Positions 48,632-60,963 of a stretch of DNA of 64,000 nucleotides are shown one piece after another (within the stretch, counting starts at the first letter, position 1; each line of letters opens with the position of its first letter). The notes under the pieces are model-generated. The model was not told the origin of the DNA, did not search any database, and saw only the letters and a list, made by a program, of their open reading frames with translations. The translations under genes and the position numbers were made by a program. Where the stretch lies: positions 8,325,404 to 8,389,403 of the forward strand of contig CM082585.2 in NCBI GenBank assembly GCA_040954595.2. The letters run 5' to 3'. Source of the DNA: Balanoglossus misakiensis. Its lineage: Eukaryota; Animalia; Hemichordata.

Positions 48632-51600
48632 GCATATACATACAATGTTGTAAGTAAGGTCCGCATCGGTCAAGAGCATGCCAAAATAAGTGCCATTGTC
48701 AAGGTCGTCTTGGAACACCGGAAACTCAATTCCCCACAGAATACCGTCTTCATAGAAATTTGGTGGCTCAGGACCCGGATCCACAAGGCCTCCCTATAAA
48801 ATTGAAGGAATTATACAAAACCACTTTAATTCTTAGGGGTACTCAATATTTCTGTAATTGCTACTGACATGTCAACTTTAGCACACCAAACATAACAAAC
48901 GTTAATGAGAATTGGAATGCAATAGTTATGTTTACCGTAGCAATAGATTCTGCCAACATTTCATACTGTTGTATGTAAGCCAAACACGTGTGCGGACCAT
49001 AAATCGTTGAAGCGCCCTCATACCTTTGAATCTGAAAAAAAAGTTGTCGTTTTTTTGTCAGTCGTTGAAGAGTAGCGTTACATTCGGGCATATTTTCCTG
49101 GGTTGGCATACCCTAAAATATAGGCCCAGTGGGTTAACTTGATGAAGATTTTAGTGGAAAACAAATTCTTTGAAACACATGTACATTCAATGGCAACAAG
49201 CTCGCTATATGCCTATACAATAATATAGAGCCAGTGTTTGAACATGGCCGAATTACTAGTAATACCTCAGTGTAATGACACATATGAAAGTGAATACAGG
49301 GCAGATAATGTGACTGTGTAGTTACCAGATATTCTTCGAAAGTGACAATGTAATTCGTGTACACGTTTGTGAGGCCAGCTACAACCACCTCTGTCTCTGC
49401 CGGGAAACCATTGTCTAGAAATTTCTGTCACAAAAAGAGAGTAAAACAGTTTGTCTCAGTATACAAGAGCATGTAAGTCAATGCAACCATATTTGAATTG
49501 CGTTTTACCTTTCGTAAGTTCATATCTGCAACTAATGCATGTAGATTCCTAAGAGGTCATTAGTTTTTAATTTATAAAGAATATCACATGATTTCACGAT
49601 TGGACAATAGTTGAAACCAAGTCTCGCCCATGCCAACATGCATATAGTTTACTAATTAATTAATTGAACCGACCTGTCTCACTGCTTCACGTATTCTTCT
49701 TCCTGCCATTGTACTGAAAACGAAGGAAGAGCGTCATTATATGCAAAACGACGCATTCTTAGTCCTGTGTCACATGATATCCCCATATAAACTGTGTAGC
49801 CACGTGAGATCTCGCAGGGTCTCGTGGTGTTCGGGAAATAGTCTATTGCTGCGCTATAAATCATACACAGCATACTACATGTATTACGTTATTGTACACG
49901 TAGTGCCTCCCTGCCCAAGATTTAGTTTATACCTAAATTCTCCCGGTAGTGCCAGAATGACGAAACTGCCAATGGTCAGTATTTGCGTGTCCACGATGTC
50001 CGGCTGCCAAGCCCAGTCACTGGTCGCCTGAAAAAGTTAGAAATATATGGGGTATAAATTCATATGTATAAATTCATAAAATCTCAATAATATCAGTGTC
50101 TAACAGTGTCTCTCCACCACCTGTATGTGACTTGACTGTGCCACCATTGACAATTCACCGTACCTCTCCTGTTGCCAAAAGAATCGGTTTTGGATCATGA
50201 CACGCTATGAGTTCGTCAGATGGTGGTTTGAGATAATCGCGGACCTCGTCCCAGAACGGATCACCGGTCGTATCACCTGGAAAAGAAATGTTATCTTCTT
50301 TAAATGTGACCGAAAAGACTGTCGATTTTTACCACTTCAATAGGCCAATTTCCGAACTCCACGAGAGTCTGTGACAAAATTGCAAGGACATGTTCGGGAA
50401 GTATCGTTGGCCGGTTAGCTCAGTTGGTTAGAGCGTCGTGCTAATAACGCGAATGTCGCGGGTTCGAGCCCCGTACTGGCCATTATTTTTTTAAAACCTG
50501 TTACGTATTTCGGATCAGTACAATATTGCGAAGTTGTTTGCAATGTTTCGCTTTTATTTTTTTAAATATAATTGTTAGCTTCATTCTATATGTGTCGATA
50601 TTTATATTAAGAGTAGCTGCCCAGTAGCTGTAAAGCCGACTCTTATTGTTGAACTACAGAATTGTGATCAACATGCGAGTCCAAAGTGCAGAGTCCACAG
50701 GATAATGCACCGTGACGTGTTTGATGAATTTGCATAGCGTCGCCAGGTGCTTCGTAAATTTACATGTCACTACGTTCACAGTGAAAGCATGGTGTCGGAT
50801 CGGGATGACGATATTCATTTCCCAAAATGCGATGAGAAATGAAACAAGAAATGACATGATGTCGCTGACGGAGGACGACTTGTTGTGCCAGGATTTTGGA
50901 AAACTCCGTGGGGGATTTACAAGGCTCTGTGTTGAAAGAAATTGCCATGATTCATTCAGGTTAGTCGAAGTCTCAACAAGCAACCTCTTGAACAGGTGAG
51001 CAGACCTACACAGTCTCATTTCAGTGTCGTCACTGATAATATGGCGTGTTTACAGTGAAAAAAATCCCCAGAACAAGATATACATGACACGTGTAAAATC
51101 AACGGAGAAGTTTTCTATGGACGCTATCTTGTTCTTGGGAATATCAAACTGTAATCGTGCCGAAATTGTTAGTTTGTATGGCTTCGTTCATTTGCTCATG
51201 TGCAGAGCAGTGACTGGACAATGCCATAAATTTGCATAAGATGTATTGATGACCTCGTTTAGATGAGCCCAGGCTAGGGTCCGTCTGTACTAAGGTAATC
51301 ATGTAAATGCATGGTGTGGTAATCGTTCACGGGTTGCAGATAGATCCCTCGATAAACAGGTCAACTACTGCATGTAATGCGAGAATATGTCATGTTCTTT
51401 CTTTGACGAAATTTTGAAGTGCTTAAATGTATGTGCTACTGTCGGCCTTACCTACCTTGCGTAAAATTGAAAGCTCCTGGCCCGTCAACGGTGCCTGCTG
51501 CAAAACTGTATCCCATGGCTGCTTTGCAGGTTTTAACCACCTGAATTGAGAAAATTGGGAATGTGTCGAGTGCACACGTTTTAATATCAACCATCTACCG

Positions 51601-54600
51601 TATACATTGTACTAGCTTGCATTCCTAGATGACCTACATCACTTGTAGTACATATGAATCAGTTAACAACACACATGACTGTACATGCATCCTAAGAAAA
51701 AAAATGTTTACAGTGATGATTTGTAACGTATCAATTCCTACCTTTCCGGAGGTTGCGTTAACTACAACGTCGTAATCTGTCATATTGACATACTGATGTC
51801 TAAAATCAACTTTTCCACTCAGTCCAAAGGTCGCTTGTTGGTACAAATCCTGAAATATGAAAAGTTTAATACCCATGGGCAAGTACACCAAAGATTACCC
51901 GACAGCCAGAGTTATAGTAAATGACTTCATAATACGCTCTAATTGCGATAAAATATAGTCTCGCATGTCCATACTGTAAAACTTGTCACTATAAGAAACT
52001 ATAGAATGCGAAACAAGTCGTGCCATGTTGAAGATTCCTGACAATCAAGTGCAAGTTGCAAACATAAACAAATAATTTGCATATAACAGGTTTACCATTG
52101 CAGACTTGTACTGTCTTTGGCCGATAATCGTTGTGCTTTGATACATGTCTTCACCGGGTCCAAAGGCGACACAGACATCCTAAGTAGGAAGGAATAATAA
52201 AACACCTTAATTAAATATCAGATTTAAAGCAACGTTAAAAGTAATGCTAGTTAAATAAGTAAGACAACTCGAGCTTTGTATGACGCAAGAATAGAAGCAG
52301 ATTTTAACCAAAACATTTTAATTTTTGTGCAATTTAACTCGGTAGGCCATGTGTTGTTTGTCCTGTGGCGAAGTTCGGAAAATGGTATATTTGACAGTAG
52401 CCATAACTGTTCGTTAGTCTACAAGTTTAACTCACAGATCTCGTAACAAAAGTTGCATACCGTTCCTGGACAAGAACTTGTTTCATATTCGCACACACTG
52501 CCCTCGCCGGCCTCCATGCAGTGAGGGTCGTCGGTGTTTGGTGTGACGTCACCGTTGTTGCTCTGCGCAAATGCTGCGACAAATGGACCCTAATTGGGTG
52601 ACAAGTTGAGAAAACTTAGTTATAATTTCATGTACAAGTAATTTTTCTTAGAAGGAGCATTGACATTAACAGTGGTTACTGGTATATCAGATTGAGCGTA
52701 AATTAAGCTTATATTGAATACAACAATGACAATGACAGTTGTCTCAGTTATGGTACACCAGTCCCCATCCATTGGAAATCGGTCGCCACATATGCATAGT
52801 TGACCGTACACCTTCAAAATATCTGTGCACATCACTAACAACACTACAGTCACGGTCCATGACACGGCTATACGAATGCAAAACTTTTCTAACCTTGCCG
52901 GGTAAACCGCCCCGATTGAAATCCTTCTCCATCAGATAGGATGCGTAGCCTTTGTTGTCGCCACTGATCTGATGATTGGTGCGGTTCATACTGGTCGGAT
53001 GTACCGCGAACCAGCTGTCATTTGAATTATATCAATTGCATTATCACATAATCTGCAATGCTCAGATTTATTTAGGCTGAATTCTTAGGCACAGGCCAAG
53101 TTCATGTTGTATTGTTCTCTGATTGGTTGAAACTGGTAATGTGATTAATTACCATACGAATATTGTCTCTGATTGGTTGGAATTGTTAAAGGGAGTAATT
53201 AGCATATAGTTATTTATCCTTGTCGTACTGTCTGCATTAGTATGAGTATATGGAAATCACCAGAATATTTTCATAGCTTACTTTATAGCACCCAAATCTG
53301 TTCCGTTTTGGGAAACAAACTTCAACAACGTCATAGTCTTGTCTACGTCATATGCATACCTAAGTTGGCAAAGAAAGGGATCATATTGTCATAAACGTAC
53401 AGTATGGCATTTGTAATATGTGTAGTGTAGTGTAGTGAGAATTACTAGTATGTTGAATTGTGCTACTCCGATGGCAATATACTGTTACTAGGGAAGAGAT
53501 GAACTTTAACCTCTGACACTGTGACGTACCTATCCCTTTCTTCCTGTGGGTTTGCTTCATAGGCATACGGACTTCTGTTCCTATTGGCCCAGTACGGATC
53601 CACACCGGAAGGGTCAACCACTTCCCCTCTGTTGCTGTAAATGTACCCCGACTGTACATTCTCGTGGGCTCGTATTATACTCTGTGAACATGAAGTTTTC
53701 CAGTCAGTGGTTATCCAGTGTCAGAGGCAGTTGAGCTTGTAGAGGAACTAAAATGACGACCAGCTGTCAATATATCTCTCCGCTAGACCTGCACACTTGT
53801 CTTTACAATTGGCCATGTAAATACTGGATATTTAACCTATTGAACTTAAGAATATGGATGGGTAGGATAACAAATAATTGCCACACAAGAATTAAATATA
53901 GGGAATAAATAATGATGAAATTTCTGGCTCAAAATTATACGCCAAAGCATTGGTTCAATCAAAAAGTTTATGGCTAGAATATTTGAGATCAGGTGATGTA
54001 TATTTGAGCTGAATTTGTTTTGGTCCTCTGTTTTGAAGTCTATAATAGCTCTCACTCTTTCAAGTCCGTCTACAATAGCCAGGAAGCTTTGGTTGAGAAA
54101 TCCCAGGGTTGTGGCGTCATAGAGGAGATACTGCTGGAAGCCACCGGGTCCGGAGTGTGTATGTTGGCCGCTGAGGGCTATATTCTGGTCGTTGTACACA
54201 CCCGGGTATATCGCCTCCAGTCTCTTGATGACCTGCGCGGAAATAATCGAGGTCAAAGATCAAAAGGGGTCACTAGGCCAACACCCATTACCGGGTGTGT
54301 GTATAACCAATGCAGAGATTTAACGAGGTGAAAAGTCATACCGTTGAAACAAGGCCTATAACCCTTGGACATACAAAACCCACCACACTGCAAAGTGTAT
54401 TAATGGGTTTTGTGTGAGCATTAATATGTGATGGTAATAAGTCGTTCTCAATGATGACTGTTCAATCGGATAACTGGATATTATAACGAGATCTCACTGG
54501 ATCTAAAGGAGATCGAGAAATGGTCTATTGGGAGACATGGTTGGTATATTCAATCTCACCTCCAGCTTGACGATCTGCGCACCCATACCGATGTCTGCGT

Positions 54601-55263
54601 TCACGAAGACAAATCGATTTGTATCGTCGTCGTGATCGGCTACGATGAAAGATCGGCAGTAGAGACGCAGATGGATTCCTTCGGTTTGCTGTGATGGATA
54701 GGCGTATCCCATCTGAACAAGACAGTAAATAAAATAGGAATGGGGCAATTATGATTCTGCTAGCTTTGAAAAGTTATGATATTTCCATGATATAACGCAT
54801 GCAAATACTTGCATGACATATATGAATAAAAAAACAAGTCAAATGGACAATTTAAATTCTTCTCGCAGACCTTGGTCTATAAATCAGCCAGAAGTTCTGG
54901 GAAAAAAAAAACTTTCTTTTTCGCAAAAACCTAAGAACAGAATTTACCATGTTCGTTTCGCCGGCAGGTCCGGTACAATCAGCAATTCCTATGCCGATCT
55001 TGAATAGCTGTGCTTGTACGTTCTGGTCTGCTGAAACCCCTGGAATTAAACCCGTATCAGTAAAATGTCAACGTCAATCCTTATGCGTTATGGAAATTTC
55101 TTGTAAACAATTATATCTAAAAACAAAAAACAGAACCATAACATATACATGTAAGTGTATCACATGTACCATATAGCTGATATCCACTAAAGAGAAACTT
55201 ACCATTTTTCACCGCGGCAAACAGTGCTGAGAGAAACAACGCGGTGTGGTAGACACCAGCCAT
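47531..55263 (-). CDS. ASAH2: Neutral ceramidase (ASAH2 family), 20 exons, 800 aa
   Basis: Exons 55263-55203, 55039-54948, 54712-54560, 54232-54056, 53681-53530, 53359-53282, 53014-52894, 52589-52461, 52179-52096, 51849-51742, 51540-51456, 50276-50164, 50027-49933, 49713-49674, 49424-49326, 49031-48936, 48793-48644, 48474-48421, 48283-48198, 47960-47531; all GT-AG and phases consistent (2403 nt). Motifs: GIADCTGP, MGYA, HTHSGPGG, NRSP, WFAVHPTSMN, GDNKGYA, MGYSFAAGTVDGPG, PGEF, QRYEGASTIYGP. The N-terminus resembles a signal peptide. Confidence 0.95.
48577..48630. repeat. (TACA)n microsatellite next to a ceramidase splice donor
   Basis: About 13 TACA units; reads (GTAT)n on the sense strand of the gene. 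Confidence 0.93.
50409..50482 (+). tRNA. tRNA-Ile (AAT), second identical copy, antisense within ceramidase intron 11
   Basis: The 74 nt are identical to 47146-47219. A T7 terminator follows at 50486. Confidence 0.97.
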
Positions 55264-57193
55264 GACGAGAATGGTGCACGAGGCTGACCAGACTATTGCG
55301 TCAATAAGGTTATCCCGCCAAATATGCAAATCGCGATTCTTGTACTAGGGACCAGATAGCACATTCAGCAAATGGTGAATCTGTAGTGTGACACGTGAGG
55401 TGCATTGCTCAATTACTAATAACCCACCGAGCCCACAACATAGAGCTTCACAAAGACAGCTCTCTAAAGATAAGATAGCGCAACCTCCACACATTAATTT
55501 ACGATTATCAAACTGAGCACGCGATACGCTGCCATAATACAGATCAGGGCATGGTTGATCTAAAACAGTAACATGGCAATAAGTTCCTGCGTCACGGGCT
55601 GTAGGGCGCCGACAGCGACAGTTCTATACAACCTTACTCGTTGACTCGTTCCAATCGTAATTTTGACTGCAGGGATGTTGTTCGTGGTTGGTCGGGCTTT
55701 ACAGCTCATTTTTTGGCGTGCTGTAAGCCGGACATTGCACATCTGTCTTGCAATTGTCCAGATATTGAACGCCACTGCCCCTTCGTATCGTTCAACATCT
55801 GAACGATTGTCCTCTTAAACGCAATTTTCGTTGTTTTTATGTAGGCTCCTGTTTTGAATAAATAATATCGATCATCTCTCGAAGTTACATCTCTCGAAGT
55901 GTGTGCTGGACGTTATAGTTCCCACGTTCACTTTGATGAGAAATATGACATACAGAAACACATTAAGACATTATGATTATAATTTTTGATGGCATAGAAC
56001 AACTACTGTTCCGTCTACTCCGCAACCACTAAGCTTAGCATAAAGATCGTGATTTCTGAAATATACTAATAAGGTTGTATTTTGTATTTGCAAAACATAC
56101 AGTCGTCTGTGACCTAGTTCTTCAACGACGACGAAATGTTTACTATAGCCACATGTGATATTTCGAACAATAAGCCTTTCTTGGTTCATTTGAAAATCAA
56201 ACTATACAGCCGCTGAATTGAGCAATACACTAATAAGGTTATACTGTAGATTTGCAAACGCTGTAGAGTGTTTGCTGCGTAATTGAAAAATCGATATCAC
56301 ACGTCTCTCATGGCAAATGTTTCTGCAACAAACAGCAAGTGTAGTTAAACTGCCCGTGTTAGCGTGTATACACCCATACACGATCACAATATCGGCTATA
56401 GATCAGACGCCAACCTTGCATATGTGTGCATGTCAAAAAATCACGCAAAAGTCACGATTTTAAAAGGAATAATCATAGTACATATCATGTTGAATGGCGA
56501 ACGTCGCCCGAAGGCAAATTTTGAAAAAAATGAAGAGTTGGAAAACTGTGCATCAGGAGAAAGGAAGGAAGTCATTATCGTGATAGCCTTCTCTAACTCC
56601 CCGGGGTGATAAGGCAAAGCGACACCGTAGAATGGACGACACTTTTGTAATTGCAATGGCCTGGGGTTAGTGGCGGTTGCGCAAGTTTTCTCAGTATGTA
56701 AGGTGCTTTCAAAGTTGGAATAATCTGGGCATATTTTTGGATACAGTGAATAGGGTACTATCTTGCTTTTATATCTTTATTTTAATTTTTCTCTATAGAA
56801 TTGGCGTACATATGTCAAAGTTGAGATATTTTTTTATTTTGCACACGGCAGTGAACCCCAATTTTTATTCTCAATTTAAAGAGAATACAATCATAAGTTG
56901 CCAAAATGTGGAAAAAGTTCTGAGTTTGATTTTCGGGGTGCATACAACTTTAACTTGATTATGGGGATTCATAGAATCTGATTAAAATATAAACGCCACA
57001 GACAGCTTATTATCTTCCGATTAGCCACGCCCACGGAAAATGATGACCCACGTACAAACATTGAATATGCAAATATGTGAAAGTCTGCTGATGTTGCGGT
57101 GTTCTTCACTGGGAAGAAGTTTGAAGTGGATCACTTACGATACTCGCGCATATCTGTATACCACCACGCTGTCTGCAGTGCGGTGAAGTGGCC

Positions 57194-58273
57194 ATGGTTT
57201 CACTGTTGTACAATGATTCTGTGGGCAACGTTAGTGACACGGGCGCAGCTGGAGACGCACGGGTGCAGTGCCAAGAAACGACGGCGGGTGAAGAGAACTG
57301 GGAAAGGGCCTTGCACGCGGCGTTCGTGTCGTTGTCGTCGTTCGCCGGTGTGGCGGGAAACCTGCTCGTCATCACGGCCATGGCTGTGTCCCTCGCGCGG
57401 CAAAGACTGCTGCCCGTGCCGATCAACATCTTCGTGACCAATCTCGGCGTCGCCGATCTCCTGACGTCGGCCCTGCACATGCCAGCGCTGGCGACGTCGG
57501 TGGTCTTGAATCGTTGGCCGGGAGGGTTCGGCATGTGCACCTTTATGAAGGCAACCGTCACGGCTATTCAGTACTCTGTCATTCTGGATTTGGCCGCTAT
57601 CGCTCTCAGTAACCACTGCCTCATCTGCAGGAGCCGCAAGAAGTTCGTCTACTGGTTTAGCAAAAAGAAGTGCTACGCCGCGGTTGCTGTGGTGTGGATT
57701 TTGTCGTTCATTCTTGCCATACCCTTGTACATCTCCGGCAAGCAAGAAGCCTACCACGTCACCTTCGGCGAATGCTGGTTCGATATGCCCAACATATCCA
57801 AGTATCCATTGCTGGACACCTACATCCGGGCTCATGGTCTGATCTATGCGGTCCCACTGACGGCTATCGTAGTCTCATATTCCTTGATATACCGCACGGC
57901 GCGAAAAGCTAGGCAGAAAATGACAGTTTGGGCGGCGCCATCCGCTTCAACGCAAAGTCAAAACCAGGGCGACAAGGCCAAACAAGCAGCCGAAAAGCGG
58001 GAGAACATCCGTCTGGCGTTCAACATGTTTCTAATTTTCATCGTGTACATGGTGTGCTGGACACCGATCACGATGCTGTCCGTGTTCACCAACGACTGCG
58101 AGACGTTCCCTCGAATTCTCAACCGCGCAGCGCACGCATTGATGTACTCTCACTCGGCCATCACCCCGTTCATCTACGCGTGGAGAAACAAGAACTTTCG
58201 CCAGGCGGCCGTGGTCACCTTTCAGCTCGAGAAGTGCGGCTGCAAATCGTCGAACGCGGTGGTTCCATTTTAG
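57194..58273 (+). CDS. Class A (rhodopsin-like) orphan GPCR, intronless, ~359 aa
   Basis: Kozak ATG at 57194; N-terminal sequons NDS and NVS; seven hydrophobic segments; TM1 GN, TM2 NLGVADLL, TM3/ECL2 cysteines, TM4 W, TM6 CWTP, TM7 TPFIY and helix 8 NKNFRQA. It loosely resembles the melatonin/moody/GPR84-like group; the ligand is unknown. Confidence 0.9.
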   Translation: MVSLLYNDSVGNVSDTGAAGDARVQCQETTAGEENWERALHAAFVSLSSFAGVAGNLLVITAMAVSLARQRLLPVPINIFVTNLGVADLLTSALHMPALATSVVLNRWPGGFGMCTFMKATVTAIQYSVILDLAAIALSNHCLICRSRKKFVYWFSKKKCYAAVAVVWILSFILAIPLYISGKQEAYHVTFGECWFDMPNISKYPLLDTYIRAHGLIYAVPLTAIVVSYSLIYRTARKARQKMTVWAAPSASTQSQNQGDKAKQAAEKRENIRLAFNMFLIFIVYMVCWTPITMLSVFTNDCETFPRILNRAAHALMYSHSAITPFIYAWRNKNFRQAAVVTFQLEKCGCKSSNAVVPF

Positions 58274-60963
58274 AGAAGTTCTTGCTTCGCTTGTTGTATT
58301 GGGCATGATCCAGAACGGCATCGTGGTTCATTCGACCGTGTACTTTCTGACTTTCTCTGTCAAAACGATTGAAGCGTAACGTCAGTGTGTCGTCAGCTAA
58401 ACGACAGGACAGCACCTTGTTAGCACGAAATGCACGCGTTTAAATACTTAGTAAGTCGTGTTGACATGCATATGTATCTGAAAGCGTATCTATTGTAAAG
58501 TCGTGTTATAAACTTAATAACTCTTTCTTCACCATCTGTTAACTCAAGACATTGGGCGACGCGACGACCCACAACCAACAATGTTGAAATCAAATTTCCT
58601 GACAGTATTTCAGTTCAACTAGTGGGGTGTCGTTCGGTTGAATATTTGTCGAGACCACTGTACAACCTTTATTACATAGAGTATTGCACCTGCTGTGGCA
58701 TTGTAATCTTGTTAAATTGTGCGTTGTCCTTCGTCAGAGTCAGAAACACTTGTTTGATTTCAAATATGTTTGGAGAACTTCAGAGTCCCGTCTTTGTAGC
58801 GGCCCAATGCTTGACCATTGGTCCATTTTTACGACAGAACTCAATGAGAACTGCGTTTTGGTTTTATCTTGTGGAGAGGCAAAATATTCATGGTTGGAAT
58901 TTCTGTTACCATGGCAGCTTTAATACATTGTATCATGTTTTTTCATCGTATATTGGTGTGATTGTTGTTCTGTTACATGAATGTCGTATTAGATTAAAGC
59001 GGTAAAACCAATGAATGGACGTTTTCATTCATTTTTTCAAAGCGGTTCATAGGAAGAAAACAATGTGCATTCGATTCTTAAACGGAACCCATCGAAACAT
59101 CCGCCGATTCACAATTAAGTGGATACAAATACAGGAGCGAAACTCTTCCTGGCAAACGTCCCTAGTGAAATGACAGGTGTGTGCATCCTGACAACAACAG
59201 TATAAATTTTAGGCAATTGTAATGTCTACGCGTGGTTATGATTCAATATACAACGGATGTATAGATATTGACAAAGTCTGTCAGTTTCTGATGTGCCAAG
59301 AAAAAAAAAATATAAAAATATCATATTTTATTTATTCATTAAAGAAGCATAGATAACTTGTGTTCTCCACCCTTTAAAATAATTCCACTTCTAGCCTTTA
59401 GCGTAAATGTGGTAATGTTTCCCCATAAAGCGCGCTTCGTCATAGCGATTCTTTACAAAGAAGAGTGAGGCTTAATTGAAAAGGGTAAAAGCTTGTCTTG
59501 TGTAGAGTATTTTTTAAAGAGGGGGGGGGGGAGAAAAATGTCTTGGGGGGATTCGTTGAAATTATCACGTAACTGTGCAGATGACGGATCCATATTTGGG
59601 AATCATTCTGCAGCTGACGTCACCAAACATTACGCGTGATATAGCTTGAGGCTTTCAATTTAGATTCGTGAGAATTGAAGGTCTCTCCCATACAGCGGAG
59701 TCACACGTTTCTATAAACACAGACCGCCAAATCATTTAAGCATCCTTCGTGTTACAGTATTCATGAAAGGAATACCCTCTAAAAGATTAAAAATCGGAAA
59801 ATCGATGTCATAGTTAATGCCAAAATTATCACAAATACGTCTTTGCTTTCATGACGAGAATCAGTATGCGCCACCCTGAAAATGTAAACTTTGGCAAAAC
59901 CCGCCGATAAAAGTACCGCACCATTGCCGTTTTATCTTGTCCTCTTGCACTCGATCCTTGGCCACATTGCAGGGTAGTTAACAAACAACATAGGTATAGC
60001 ATCAAACTTAGGTTGACATATTACTCATTAACAAGATTGACACCATACCAGATACACCTGTTCACATCACAGTTGCTCAAGTTTTGCGCATTTTAACCGA
60101 TTATTACACTAAAGGTAAGATTGATTGCGTTTCAGCTCTATAAGTTCGTTTCATAAGAAACATCCAGATTCTTTCTGCATATTAGGTAAAAAAACAGCTG
60201 AAACTTAGATGCAAATTTTAGTCTTCATGCATTGATTTTTTTATTTCCTGTTTCCTGATCTGCCTGCTGCATTTCATTTGGCGGGCTCATCCTCAAACAA
60301 CCGGGGCTTTAAATTGATGTTGTTATTATTGTTGTTGTTTAAGTTTTCGTGTGAGCATAGCAGAAACGCAATTTGTGCACAAAATCGTCTTGAAGCGTAA
60401 CCACCAGTGTCGCCGAAATGTGAGACAAAAGTTCCCCTTCCGCAAACACGACGCGTTTCGCTGGGGACTGAGACAGAATCAGAATCAATACGCAAGTCTA
60501 GCAAATGCCAGATTTAAGTGCTAAGTCCATTGCTCAATTGAAAATACAAAAACTCAAGGTGTGCTTTGAACTTACATTCACAGTAAAGCTACATTGTATA
60601 TTCAACTTTCTGCATTCAGCTTTCCATAATGATAAACCCGACCTATAAGAGGTCGATTTGGCGTCAGTTTGTGTTTACAACTTTGCGCTTTCTTGATATT
60701 TGGGTGTCCCTAACTTTGTTTATATTCATTAATTATTAAATACAGTTACACATGTATACCAGTAGCTTGGATCGAGACCAACCAAATAACGTTATTTTAG
60801 GACAACTCTATTTGTGTAGAGGCATAGTTTTTAAACATTTTGCATTTACTCCAAGCAGGGTTCATAGTGCACTGTAGATGGTCGTGTTGGATCCATTCCG
60901 TATATGCTAGTCAAATATCATTCTTTGTGTCCTTTTGTTGATTTTTGTACAGCACGTTGGATA

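Noticed and set aside
50760-51000. Possible nested plus-strand exon in ceramidase intron 11 (ttcacag ... aacag|gtgag)
   Set aside because: No recognisable protein and no partner exons; splice-like motifs alone are insufficient.
58130-58180. Opsin identity of the GPCR
   Set aside because: No retinal-binding Lys at 7.43 (Tyr instead).
60904-60963. Upstream ATG (60904) as start of the LRR-Ig gene
   Set aside because: It precedes a pyrimidine-rich acceptor at 60951, and the signal peptide fits starts at 60964-60970.
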